Part shown: piece after piece, positions 10,711-18,733 of the stretch
Position numbering within the stretch: position 1 is the first letter of the stretch
Layout of the letters: each line of letters starts with the position of its first letter
Assembly (NCBI GenBank): GCA_043773645.1
Contig: JAYVEZ010000262.1
Location: 1-43,314 of the forward strand
Reading direction: 5' to 3'
DNA length: 43,314 nucleotides
Source of the DNA: Cytophagales bacterium
GTDB lineage: Bacteria > Bacteroidota > Bacteroidia > Cytophagales > Cyclobacteriaceae
The notes under the pieces: generated by a model
Told to the model about the DNA's origin: nothing
Database searches by the model: none
What the model saw: the letters and a program-made list of their open reading frames with translations, nothing else
Program-made: the position numbers and the translations under genes

Positions 10711-10721
10711 TCCAAGGCTTT

Positions 10722-12893
10722 ATGGAAATCATAAACAAAAATATATCCCGCAGAAATTTTATTCGGTATACGGGACTTTCGGGCGCTGCCTTGACATTGG
10801 GATTTCATTCAACCGCTAAGGGGGAGGCAATTCATGCTGAACTATTGACGGGTACTGCTGCGGAGAGTCAGGGGATTGAATTGAATGCCTGGATCAGCAT
10901 TGAAACTTCCGGTAAGGTGACCATTACCAATCACCGGGCAGAAATGGGCCAAGGGTCGTTTCAGTCGGTACCTCAAATCATCGCGGAAGAACTGGAAGTA
11001 AATCTCGATCAAATCAACATTGTATTTGCCCAGGGTAACGGCAAAAAGTACGGCAGCCAGGTCACGGGAGGCAGTTCTACCATCAGGGGTACATACAAAA
11101 ATCTGTTGAAGCTGAGTGCCACAGCTCGTGAAATGTTAATGGAGGCTGCAGCGGCAAGGTGGAATGTGTCCAGGTCAGAATGTTATGCTGAGAACGGATT
11201 TGTCATTCACAAGAGCAGCGGCAAGAAATTGGGATATGGAGAACTCGTGTTGGAGGCATCAAAGTTAGAGATTCCGAAAGATGTGCACTTGAAGAATCCC
11301 AAAGACTACAAAGTCATCCGCAAATCAATGGCCCGGCAGGACACACCACTGAAGACCAATGGCGCTGCCATCTTTGGGCTTGATAAAAAATTGCCGGGAA
11401 TGCTTTATGCCGTTGTGGAAAGAAGCCCGAGGTTCGTCGGGAAAGTCAAAAGCTTCGATGATTCGGAAACCAGGAAAGTGCCCGGTGTAAAATATGTGTT
11501 GAAAGTAAGCCGCGACGTATTTGGCAACATGTTTGAAGGAGTTGCTGTTGTCGCCACAAACACGTGGGCTGCCATGCAAGGTCGCAAAGTATTGAAAGTG
11601 GAATGGGACGACACTGGCTTTGCCTACCACAGCACGGAACAGCTCTATGGCAAAATGAAAGAACAGGTGAAAGGCGACGTGATTTCCTTCAGGACCCGGG
11701 GAAATTTTAACGCAGCTTTCTCAAAGGCCGATAAAAAACTGGAAGCGTTGTATGAAACGCCTTACGAATCGCACAGTTGCATGGAGCCGCTCAACTGCAT
11801 CGCCCATGTGACAGCGGATGCTTGCGAAGTGTGGGGACCCATTCAGGGCCCTGACTGGATTCAACAAAGCCTGAGTGCACACCTGAAGTTACCGATGGAA
11901 AAAGTGACCGTGAACATGACATTTCTCGGTGGAGGGTTTGGCCGCAAAGCTTTTACGGACTATCCCTATGAAGCCGCGATGATATCGAAAGAAATAAAGG
12001 CCCCTGTTCAGGTGGTGTGGACGCGGGAAGATGATACAGCCATGGGGCCATTCCGACCCGGCATGGTGTACCAATGCAAAGGAGGATTAACAAAAGAAGG
12101 CAGGATTGCGGCATTCGAAACAAAAGCCTCCGGACAAAATATGGACCAGCAAAATCCCAATGCGGATAAGTCTGGTTACAATGGCAGCGATACGGAAGGC
12201 TTCCTCGAACCCTACTTTGAATCGATTCCTCATTATAGTTTTGGTGATGCGCCACTGGATTCACCGGTGCCCGTCATGTGGTGGCGCTCTGTGTATGCGT
12301 CGACCAATGCCTTCGCCTTCGAAAGCTTTTTGGATGAAATGGCATTGGGGGCAGGCAAAGATCCTATGGATTTCAGAAAAAGTCATCTTCACAACGCGCG
12401 GTATCAGGAACTGATCAGCAAACTGGAGGAAGTAAGCGGCTGGAAGAAGCGTGGAAAGAATGAAGGTTATGGCGTGGCGATCACCGAGTGCTTCACGAGC
12501 ATTGTGGGCGAGGTTGTCAAGGTTTCAAAAAAAGCAGATGGTAAGGTAAAAATTGATAAAGTGTGGGCTGTCATGGATTGTGGATGGTACGTAAACCCCG
12601 ATATCATCCGCGCCCAGGTGGAAGGCAGTATCGTGATGGCGTTGGGTGCCGCCACCAAACACGCCACTCACTTTGCCGATGGCAAGGCGGTGGAAAAGAA
12701 TTTTAACACATACCAAATGCCGCGCATCACTGACGCCCCTGAAGTGGAGGTGCATGTGATGGAGAACGATGAAAAAGCGGGAGGTGTTGGAGAGCCAGGG
12801 TTGCCGCCCTTTACCCCCGCGCTCACCAACGCAATCTTTGACCTGACCGGCAAGAGGATTCGGGTTCTGCCTTTTGTATTGGAAGAAGTCTGA
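10722..12893 (+). CDS. iorB: Molybdopterin-binding large subunit (xanthine dehydrogenase family, IorB-like), Tat-exported
   Basis: Tat motif SRRNFIR; EMGQG, QVTGGSSTIR, LGGGFGRK, WWRSV, AQVEGS and GGVGEPG motifs. Confidence 0.92.
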   Translation: MEIINKNISRRNFIRYTGLSGAALTLGFHSTAKGEAIHAELLTGTAAESQGIELNAWISIETSGKVTITNHRAEMGQGSFQSVPQIIAEELEVNLDQINIVFAQGNGKKYGSQVTGGSSTIRGTYKNLLKLSATAREMLMEAAAARWNVSRSECYAENGFVIHKSSGKKLGYGELVLEASKLEIPKDVHLKNPKDYKVIRKSMARQDTPLKTNGAAIFGLDKKLPGMLYAVVERSPRFVGKVKSFDDSETRKVPGVKYVLKVSRDVFGNMFEGVAVVATNTWAAMQGRKVLKVEWDDTGFAYHSTEQLYGKMKEQVKGDVISFRTRGNFNAAFSKADKKLEALYETPYESHSCMEPLNCIAHVTADACEVWGPIQGPDWIQQSLSAHLKLPMEKVTVNMTFLGGGFGRKAFTDYPYEAAMISKEIKAPVQVVWTREDDTAMGPFRPGMVYQCKGGLTKEGRIAAFETKASGQNMDQQNPNADKSGYNGSDTEGFLEPYFESIPHYSFGDAPLDSPVPVMWWRSVYASTNAFAFESFLDEMALGAGKDPMDFRKSHLHNARYQELISKLEEVSGWKKRGKNEGYGVAITECFTSIVGEVVKVSKKADGKVKIDKVWAVMDCGWYVNPDIIRAQVEGSIVMALGAATKHATHFADGKAVEKNFNTYQMPRITDAPEVEVHVMENDEKAGGVGEPGLPPFTPALTNAIFDLTGKRIRVLPFVLEEV

Positions 12894-12913
12894 TATAACT
12901 TTATGACAATTAT

Positions 12914-12941
12914 AGGCGTCTTTGCACCAGCAGAGGCGCCT
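12914..12941 (+). terminator. Intergenic hairpin between iorB and the cytochrome c gene (possible attenuator or mRNA-stabilising stem)
   Basis: aggcgtctttgc-acca-gcagaggcgcct pairs using two G-U pairs; no long U tract. Confidence 0.4.
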
Positions 12942-12952
12942 GTCTATTAAAT

Positions 12953-13372
12953 ATGAATTCTATGAGAGTGAAATTATTGTGTTGCCTGGCGGTTGTTGCG
13001 GGATTGATATCCTTATCCTCCTTTCAAAAGAAACCTGTATTTGACCTGAAGACAAGCATCACGCGGGGCAAGGACTTATATATAACCTATTGTATGTCTT
13101 GTCACATGGAGGGTGGCGAAGGGCTTGAAGGCGTGTACCCGCCCCTTGCCAAATCCGACTACCTGATGGCCGACAAGAAACGATCCATTGTACAAACCCT
13201 GAAAGGCGCCACAGGCGAGATGAAGGTAAATGGAAAAATCTATAACACTGACATGACCGGCTTTGAAATGTCGGATCAGGAAGTGAGTGATGTTTTGAAT
13301 TATGTTCGCAATTCATTTGGGAACAAGGGTGATGCTGTTACACCTGAACTGGTGAAAGCCCAAAGAAAATAA
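12953..13372 (+). CDS. Exported mono-heme cytochrome c
   Basis: Signal peptide, CMSCH heme motif, YPPLAKSDYL, distal Met (DMTGF), VLNYVRNSFGN. Confidence 0.92.
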   Translation: MNSMRVKLLCCLAVVAGLISLSSFQKKPVFDLKTSITRGKDLYITYCMSCHMEGGEGLEGVYPPLAKSDYLMADKKRSIVQTLKGATGEMKVNGKIYNTDMTGFEMSDQEVSDVLNYVRNSFGNKGDAVTPELVKAQRK

Positions 13373-13392
13373 AAAATGGAATCATGAATAAT

Positions 13393-13468
13393 GAATATCG
13401 AATGTTGAATAATGAAGTGCTGCGACTCACTTCATTATTCAACATCCATTATTCAACATTCGATATTC
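13393..13468. repeat. Heptamer-periodic inverted repeat
   Basis: 13402-13419 pairs perfectly with 13428-13445 (18 bp); 13393-13414 pairs perfectly with 13447-13468 (22 bp). Confidence 0.85.
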
Positions 13469-13487
13469 TGCACTCCATGCCCTAACC

Positions 13488-14072
13488 ATGGATCTTGGCA
13501 TAATTCTACTGGCAGCGGGCTCCTCTTCCCGCATGGGAACCTCCAAGCTGTTGCTCGACATTCATGGCGTTCCCTTATTGACGTATATCGCCACCATTGC
13601 TCTTCAGTCAGGGATCGGAGAGGTGGTTGTAGTCTTGGGTGCCAATGAAAGCGAACATCGAAACGCGGTCGGCCACATCCCTGTGGATATTGTCTTCAAT
13701 CCGCATTGGGAGCGAGGCATGGGCGGATCCATCAAAGTGGGACTCCAGCATTTCATGGCGAGAAAACCAAGCCTTTCCTCCATCCTCGTGATGGTGTGCG
13801 ATCAGCCTCTATTAACCAGTGAGCATCTCAAAAAATTAAATGAAAAGTTTATTAATTCGCGAAAACCAATTGTTGCTTCATCCTATTCAGACACTTCGGG
13901 GGTACCAGCAATATTTGAAAAGAGTCTCTTTACTGAAATTCTCAGCATGTCGGATGAACAGGGTGCCAGGAAGATTATTGTAGCGCATCCTGATAAGACC
14001 ATCAACATTGAATTTAAGGATGGATCAGTTGATCTTGACACACCTGAAGACTATCGTCATTTTATGAAATGA
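13488..14072 (+). CDS. mocA: Molybdenum cofactor cytidylyltransferase (MocA-like nucleotidyltransferase)
   Basis: ILLAAGSSSRMGTSKLLL, GMGGSIKVG, MVCDQP, GVPAIF, DQGAR and DLDTPEDY; adjacent to a molybdoenzyme of the MCD-using family. Confidence 0.85.
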   Translation: MDLGIILLAAGSSSRMGTSKLLLDIHGVPLLTYIATIALQSGIGEVVVVLGANESEHRNAVGHIPVDIVFNPHWERGMGGSIKVGLQHFMARKPSLSSILVMVCDQPLLTSEHLKKLNEKFINSRKPIVASSYSDTSGVPAIFEKSLFTEILSMSDEQGARKIIVAHPDKTINIEFKDGSVDLDTPEDYRHFMK

Positions 14073-14076
14073 TTAT

Positions 14077-14682
14077 CTAGTCAGGGTTTTCAAGCTCTTC
14101 AATCAATTGCTTTAATTCAATCAGGCACTTTCCATAAGACACTTTGTACATCCATTTTGTAAGATAATAACAAAGCGGTGTCAATATGATAAGAATGAGG
14201 ATCAGAAGAATGATCACAATTCGTTCTTTCAACATCCGATCGAGGTCCCCGCTCCCGATGGATCCACCCATCAAAAAACCAGCAGTACCAGCAACGGGAT
14301 AGATGAACAAGGCCACCCGCTCCTGAAAGTGAATGTTGGAGGCGATAAAATCATGGGTGTGCTTCAATACTGCCTTTAAATTTCGATCGACTGGAAGATC
14401 AACTCGGATCTTCCGATACATCAAGAGGTTGGTGACGAGAAAAAAAACATAGGCCAGGATCACCAGCGCTAGACTAATTTTGACCAGCGGTTCATGAAAC
14501 AAAAAGAAGATGACAATGAAGCCAATCAAGAATAAAACAGCAAAGGCTGTTGTGATCAGATAAGAATTCTTGAGTTTCTGTACTGGGTGTTTGGAAGTTC
14601 TGCGCACCTCAATGGCTCCCAAAACAGGCACTTTCAGCTTATCTTCCTCTAATTTTTTCCACACTTGACGCAAGTCCATCAT
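14077..14682 (-). CDS. Membrane protein (about 4 TM), probable anti-sigma / partner of the upstream ECF sigma; currently in-frame with the sigma ORF
   Basis: MMDLRQVWKKLEEDKL start typical of genes following Bacteroidota ECF sigmas; hydrophobic segments. Its ATG (14682-14680) overlaps the TAA that would end a frame-corrected sigma. Confidence 0.7.
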   Translation of the reverse strand: MMDLRQVWKKLEEDKLKVPVLGAIEVRRTSKHPVQKLKNSYLITTAFAVLFLIGFIVIFFLFHEPLVKISLALVILAYVFFLVTNLLMYRKIRVDLPVDRNLKAVLKHTHDFIASNIHFQERVALFIYPVAGTAGFLMGGSIGSGDLDRMLKERIVIILLILILIILTPLCYYLTKWMYKVSYGKCLIELKQLIEELENPD

Positions 14683-15162
14683 TACAATGCTTTCAGTTTC
14701 TTGGTGAGTGCCTCTTTGAATGCGGTACAATTTAACCGCGACATTATTTTTAGTGAGTCCCGATATATCAGCGATCTCTTCATTTTCGTAGCCGTCCAGG
14801 TGCAAGGACACAATCATCCTGTCAATCTCATTCAGTTCGCGGATAGCGATGTACAAGGCTTCAGTTTCTTCCATTGGATGCTTCTCACCTGTGCTGACTT
14901 TCAGCACGGTGAGATCCTCGTGGTGAATAACCAACTGCGGCCTCCGCTTGAAACTCAATACGGTATTCAGTCCGACACGATACAACCATGTAGAGAATTT
15001 GGACTGACCTTTAAAATTGGGGTAGGAACGCCATGCCTGAAAAAGTATCTCTTGAAAAAGGTCGCGTTCATCTTCTTCATGACGAACATAAAGCCGGATC
15101 ACCTTAAAGATGATCCCCCGATTCTGATCGATCAGCTCAATAAATTCCCTTTCCGATGCCAT
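14682..15162 (-). CDS. ECF RNA polymerase sigma-70 factor with apparent +1 frameshift near its C-terminus
   Basis: Start 15162 (MASEREFIELIDQNRGIIFKV). Region 2 DLFQEILFQAWRSYPNFKGQSKFSTWLYRVGLNT; region 4 LDGYENEEIADISGLTKNNVAVKLYRI. Removing one base at ~14719-14720 gives RIKEALTKKLKAL-stop. Confidence 0.88.
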
Positions 15163-15248
15163 GATTTCAGCTTTCGCTGATTCATAAACCAACAGCCCGC
15201 AGAAAGGTTAACTCCAGTAGAATCATTCTATCTATTCTATTTCTTGAA

Positions 15249-15277
15249 TAGGTTGCCTCAGGCACAAAAAAATTACA
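15249..15277 (-). promoter_or_regulatory. Candidate ECF-sigma autoregulatory promoter TGTAAT-N16-CAACCTA
   Basis: Minus strand upstream of the sigma gene; a twin copy lies on the + strand at 15309-15337. Confidence 0.55.
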
Positions 15278-15308
15278 GCAAAGAATCAAAAATAAATAGC
15301 AGGGGAGT

Positions 15309-15337
15309 TGTAATTGGAGCCCGTCTTGTACGACTTA
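15309..15337 (+). promoter_or_regulatory. Candidate ECF-sigma promoter TGTAAT-N16-CGACTTA
   Basis: Same -35 hexamer, spacing and CRACYTA -10 as the divergent copy; ends 16 nt before ATG 15354. Confidence 0.55.
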
Positions 15338-15353
15338 CCGTGAAATTTAAAAT

Positions 15354-15638
15354 ATGACTTCCACCAAAGAGACTTCCAATTCTAAAGACAGAACCTCATT
15401 TTTTAATCGCTGGGCGTACGGCACCTTCGTCCTGTTAAGTGTTTACTTTCTCCTGGTAAACAATGACGTTGCAAGCGCCATGTCGAATTTAGGGATAGCC
15501 CTTATATTCGATCCCTTCGATCAACGGGTTACGTGGAACAACAGGCCCAGGTATCAACGGGTTTGGCTGTTTGTTCATGTCGGCATCGTCCTGATACTTT
15601 TTGCCTATTGGATGCTGAAGGGTTTTAATCTCATTTAG
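15354..15638 (+). CDS. Small membrane protein (94 aa)
   Basis: Hydrophobic segments and a motif-like stretch SNLGIALIFDPFDQRVTWNNRP; follows a candidate ECF promoter. Confidence 0.75.
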   Translation: MTSTKETSNSKDRTSFFNRWAYGTFVLLSVYFLLVNNDVASAMSNLGIALIFDPFDQRVTWNNRPRYQRVWLFVHVGIVLILFAYWMLKGFNLI

Positions 15639-15770
15639 CGCTCATTTGTTAAACAAAAGCTACGAATCAAATTCTCTGTACATCGTCCATACGATGTTAA
15701 TCAGGCAAGCTCGGACCAGAACAACTGTTCATCCAATTCATTATTTTTGAGGATTGGTGATACAAGCATT

Positions 15771-15844
15771 CGGGGCGTAGCGCAGCCCGGTAGCGCGCCA
15801 CGTTCGGGACGTGGAAGTCGTAGGTTCGAATCCTGCCGCCCCGA
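15771..15844 (+). tRNA. tRNA-Pro (anticodon CGG)
   Basis: Acceptor CGGGGCG/CGCCCCG, D stem GCGC/GCGC, anticodon stem CCACG/CGTGG with loop TTCGGGA, T arm GTAGG-TTCGAAT-CCTGC; CCA not encoded. Confidence 0.97.
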
Positions 15845-16225
15845 CTTCGCTCGCCATAGCTCCGTTTCGGAGCGACGGCGAGCTTCGCTTTCCAAGCGCC
15901 TTCTTCGAAGGAAGTTTTGTTCGGCGAGCTACGTCGGGCAATGCCCGACTCGTTTCTGAATCAAATTCCAAGTTTAAGTTCGAGAATTGTACAGGGAGGC
16001 CGACTTCGCCCGCCGAAGCTTCTCCCTATAGCAATCGGGATCGAAGCGTAGGCGGGCTAGTTTCCTTCGAAGCAGGCATTGTTAGGCGAGCTTCGTCGGG
16101 CAAGCCCGACACTGCTTCGAAGGAATATCTTCCAAAAAAATTCGTGAATTGTACAGGGGGAAGGATGACATCGCTCACCTTCACTTCGGAGGGCGAACTT
16201 TGCACAATTCTTTCGAGGCAAGCGT
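15841..16225 (+). repeat. Tandem degenerate ~160-bp hairpin-rich repeat (2 units plus an eroded third) starting in the tRNA 3' end
   Basis: Units start ccgacttcgc at 15841 and 16000. Shared blocks ttgttNggcgagctNcgtcgggcaa(t)gcccgac (15917-15949, 16079-16110) and ttcgWgaattgtacaggg (15979-15996, 16141-16158). Third remnant from ~16165. Confidence 0.8.
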
Positions 16226-16483
16226 TGGGAGAAGAAAAATATGCACACCAGGGCTGCTAACAAAGTCCCCGGCCCCTGAGTTGCAAAGCAACTGAAACTT
16301 TTGGTATTGATACGATTTCAGCATTGTACGCTTGTCCATCTCTGAAAATTGCCCGCCTCGCATTATCAAGGTTATTGTTTTTTACGAACCAGCTAAAAAT
16401 GACTATTCTTTTCGAATTTATGAATGGCCCAAATGACTAAGGTCTGAAAATATGCATGAAGGAGTTGGTCAATGAACGTTTGG

Positions 16484-16526
16484 TCCAATACTTTCCAATA
16501 ATCAAATATTATTGCAAAGTATTGGA
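16484..16526. repeat. 19-bp inverted repeat (1 mismatch, 5-nt loop) upstream of the sugar cassette
   Basis: tccaatactttccaataat-caaat-attattgcaaagtattgga. Confidence 0.75.
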
Positions 16527-16784
16527 TAGTCAATCATACTAAAGTGCACCTTTGAATTGAAATGTTTGATTGTCAGTATTTTATATTTAATGATTTCCCG
16601 CTGCTGGCGACCAAATGCATTTGTCACCACAAACCAGTTAGAATATTGTACCTTGAACGCCTTAAAAGTGCCATGAAGTACCTGTGCGAATTCTTGCCTC
16701 CTCCCCAGTTTGATGGAATAGATATAACGTTTCCAATTGTTATTAAAGCAAAGGAGGAATTAATGGATTTATTAGTTAAACCCA

Positions 16785-17693
16785 TTGAACGTGGACAGTC
16801 TTAGGCCGCCTGATAGCAGGAGAAAGAAAATCCTTTTGACCGGTGGCACAGGCTATCTTGGAAGCAATATTCTGAATAGCCTCAGTGGTAAATATGATTT
16901 CATCGTCTTGAAGAGAAAGCAATCTAAGCTTACCAGGATTGCCGACCCAGGGGGCATCTATCGAATGGCGTATATTGAAGAGTTTGATGAGAATGTCGTT
17001 TCGGATATTGAAATTGACTTGTTGCTCCATTGCGCAACCCACTACGGAAGAAGAGACACAGATGCTGTAAATACTATTGAATCCAACCTGTTGTTACCAC
17101 TCCGTTTATTGGCTTTGTTAAAAAAAACCAATAAGAAAGTAAAGTTTATCAATACTGATACCATTCTGGACAAGCATATTAATGTGTACTCATTATCAAA
17201 AAGTCAGTTCAAGGAATGGATGATTTTTTTTTCAGCCGAAATCAGTTTTATTAATGTGCGGTTGGAGCATTTTTATGGACCCCTTGACGACTCCACTAAA
17301 TTTGTAAGCTATCTGATTCAGAATTTTCTTAAGAACATCCCGGAACTCAATCTAACCAATGGGGAGCAATACAGGTACTTTACCTACATTGATGATATCG
17401 TTTCGGCTTTCGAACTCGTGATTGATTCGATCGATACGCTGCCATCCGGGCTGACCCAGTTCGATGTGTCGGCTGACGATGCAATTCAATTAAAATCCTT
17501 TGTGAATACCGTGAAGAGAATTTGTTCAAATGAGCAAACAAGGTTGAACTTCGGGGCTCTTCCTTACCGGGAAGGCGAGTCAATGAAGTTTACCGTAGAT
17601 ACTGCGAACATTCAAAGATTGGGCTGGCGACCCAAGATAACTCTGGAGGAAGGGTTAAGGAGAACGATTGAGATAGACAGGAGAAACTTATGA
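16785..17693 (+). CDS. rfbS: CDP-3,6-dideoxyhexose 4-reductase (CDP-paratose/abequose synthase-like extended SDR)
   Basis: TGGTGYLG, HCATHYG, SNLLLPLRLL, FINTD, YSLSK, RLEHFYGP-DD-KF, LTNGEQYR and LNFGALPYRE resemble enterobacterial RfbJ/RfbS. The adjacent 2-epimerase favours paratose. TTG start uncertain. Confidence 0.75.
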   Translation: MNVDSLRPPDSRRKKILLTGGTGYLGSNILNSLSGKYDFIVLKRKQSKLTRIADPGGIYRMAYIEEFDENVVSDIEIDLLLHCATHYGRRDTDAVNTIESNLLLPLRLLALLKKTNKKVKFINTDTILDKHINVYSLSKSQFKEWMIFFSAEISFINVRLEHFYGPLDDSTKFVSYLIQNFLKNIPELNLTNGEQYRYFTYIDDIVSAFELVIDSIDTLPSGLTQFDVSADDAIQLKSFVNTVKRICSNEQTRLNFGALPYREGESMKFTVDTANIQRLGWRPKITLEEGLRRTIEIDRRNL

Positions 17694-18733
17694 AATACTT
17701 AATCACGGGAGGTTGTGGTTTTTTGGGGTCAAATATTGCTGAATCCCTTTTGAAAAAGGGGGATACACTTCATTTGCTTGACAACCTGTCAAGAATTGGC
17801 TCTGAAAAAAACCTCGATTGGTTGCGGACCAAGGGTAACTTTGAGTTTCACAAGGAAGACATACGCGACGCTCCAACAATAAATGCGCTCATCAAGGAAC
17901 TCCAGCCGGATGTCATCTATCATTTGGCTGGACAGGTGGCGATGACAACATCCATTTCCAATCCCAGGATGGATTTTGAAATCAACGTCATGGGAACAAT
18001 AAACGTGCTGGAGGCTGTCCGAAATTATTCTCCTCAGTCAATTATTACATACTCCTCTACCAACAAAGTATATGGCGACCTTGAGTGGGTGAATTATGAT
18101 GAGACTTCAACACGCTACGTGGCCAGGAATTTTCCTCTTGGTTTTTCAGAAGACACTCAACTTGACTTTCATTCTCCTTATGGGGTATCAAAAGGCTCTG
18201 CTGACCAGTACTGTCTGGACTTTGCAAGGATTTATGGACTGAATACGGTGGTATTCCGCCATTCCTCCATGTTTGGCGGCAGGCAATTCTCGACCTATGA
18301 TCAAGGATGGATCGGGTGGTTTTGCAGCCAGGCAATACTCCAGCAAAATGACAAGCAATCTGATCCGTTTACCATTTCTGGAAATGGCAAGCAAGTAAGA
18401 GATGTTCTATATTCTTTAGACATGGTTGATCTCTATCTGGCTGTACCCCAATATATCCAGACAATGAAAGGCAATGCTTTCAATATTGGGGGCGGCATGA
18501 AAAACAGCCTGTCACTGCTGGAGTTATTCACCATTCTGGAAAATTTACTCCATGTAGATTTGAAGTACCATAAGACCGATGCACGCATCAGCGATCAAAA
18601 GGTGTTTGTAGCAGACCTGACCAAGGTCACGCATCATACGGGCTGGGCTCCGAAAATTGAAGCTCCACATGCCATCGAACTGATGTTAAATTGGTTAATG
18701 AGCAGTAAACTTGACGATCATGAAAAGAATTAA
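17690..18733 (+). CDS. rfbE: CDP-paratose 2-epimerase (CDP-tyvelose epimerase)
   Basis: MKYLITGGCGFLGSN, DNLSR, HLAGQVAMTTSISNPRMDFEIN, YSSTNKVYGDLE, LDFHSPYGVSKG, VFRHSSMFGGRQFSTYDQGWIGWFC, ISGNGKQVRDVL and NSLSLLELF closely follow Salmonella/Yersinia RfbE/Tyv. Confidence 0.92.
   Translation: MKYLITGGCGFLGSNIAESLLKKGDTLHLLDNLSRIGSEKNLDWLRTKGNFEFHKEDIRDAPTINALIKELQPDVIYHLAGQVAMTTSISNPRMDFEINVMGTINVLEAVRNYSPQSIITYSSTNKVYGDLEWVNYDETSTRYVARNFPLGFSEDTQLDFHSPYGVSKGSADQYCLDFARIYGLNTVVFRHSSMFGGRQFSTYDQGWIGWFCSQAILQQNDKQSDPFTISGNGKQVRDVLYSLDMVDLYLAVPQYIQTMKGNAFNIGGGMKNSLSLLELFTILENLLHVDLKYHKTDARISDQKVFVADLTKVTHHTGWAPKIEAPHAIELMLNWLMSSKLDDHEKN

Noticed and set aside
15841-16225. Possible CRISPR array
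   Set aside because: Units are ~160 bp, degenerate along their length, have no identical 25-45 bp repeats with unique spacers, and no cas genes are nearby.
15701-16263. ORFs of 64-149 aa over the tRNA and repeat region (e.g. 15811..16260)
   Set aside because: They overlap a clear tRNA and palindromic repeats; internal peptide similarity simply mirrors the DNA repeat.
16562-16804. 80-aa ORF upstream of the sugar cassette
   Set aside because: No recognisable domain in AT-rich intergenic DNA; only its last 13 codons follow an SD-like site (see finding).
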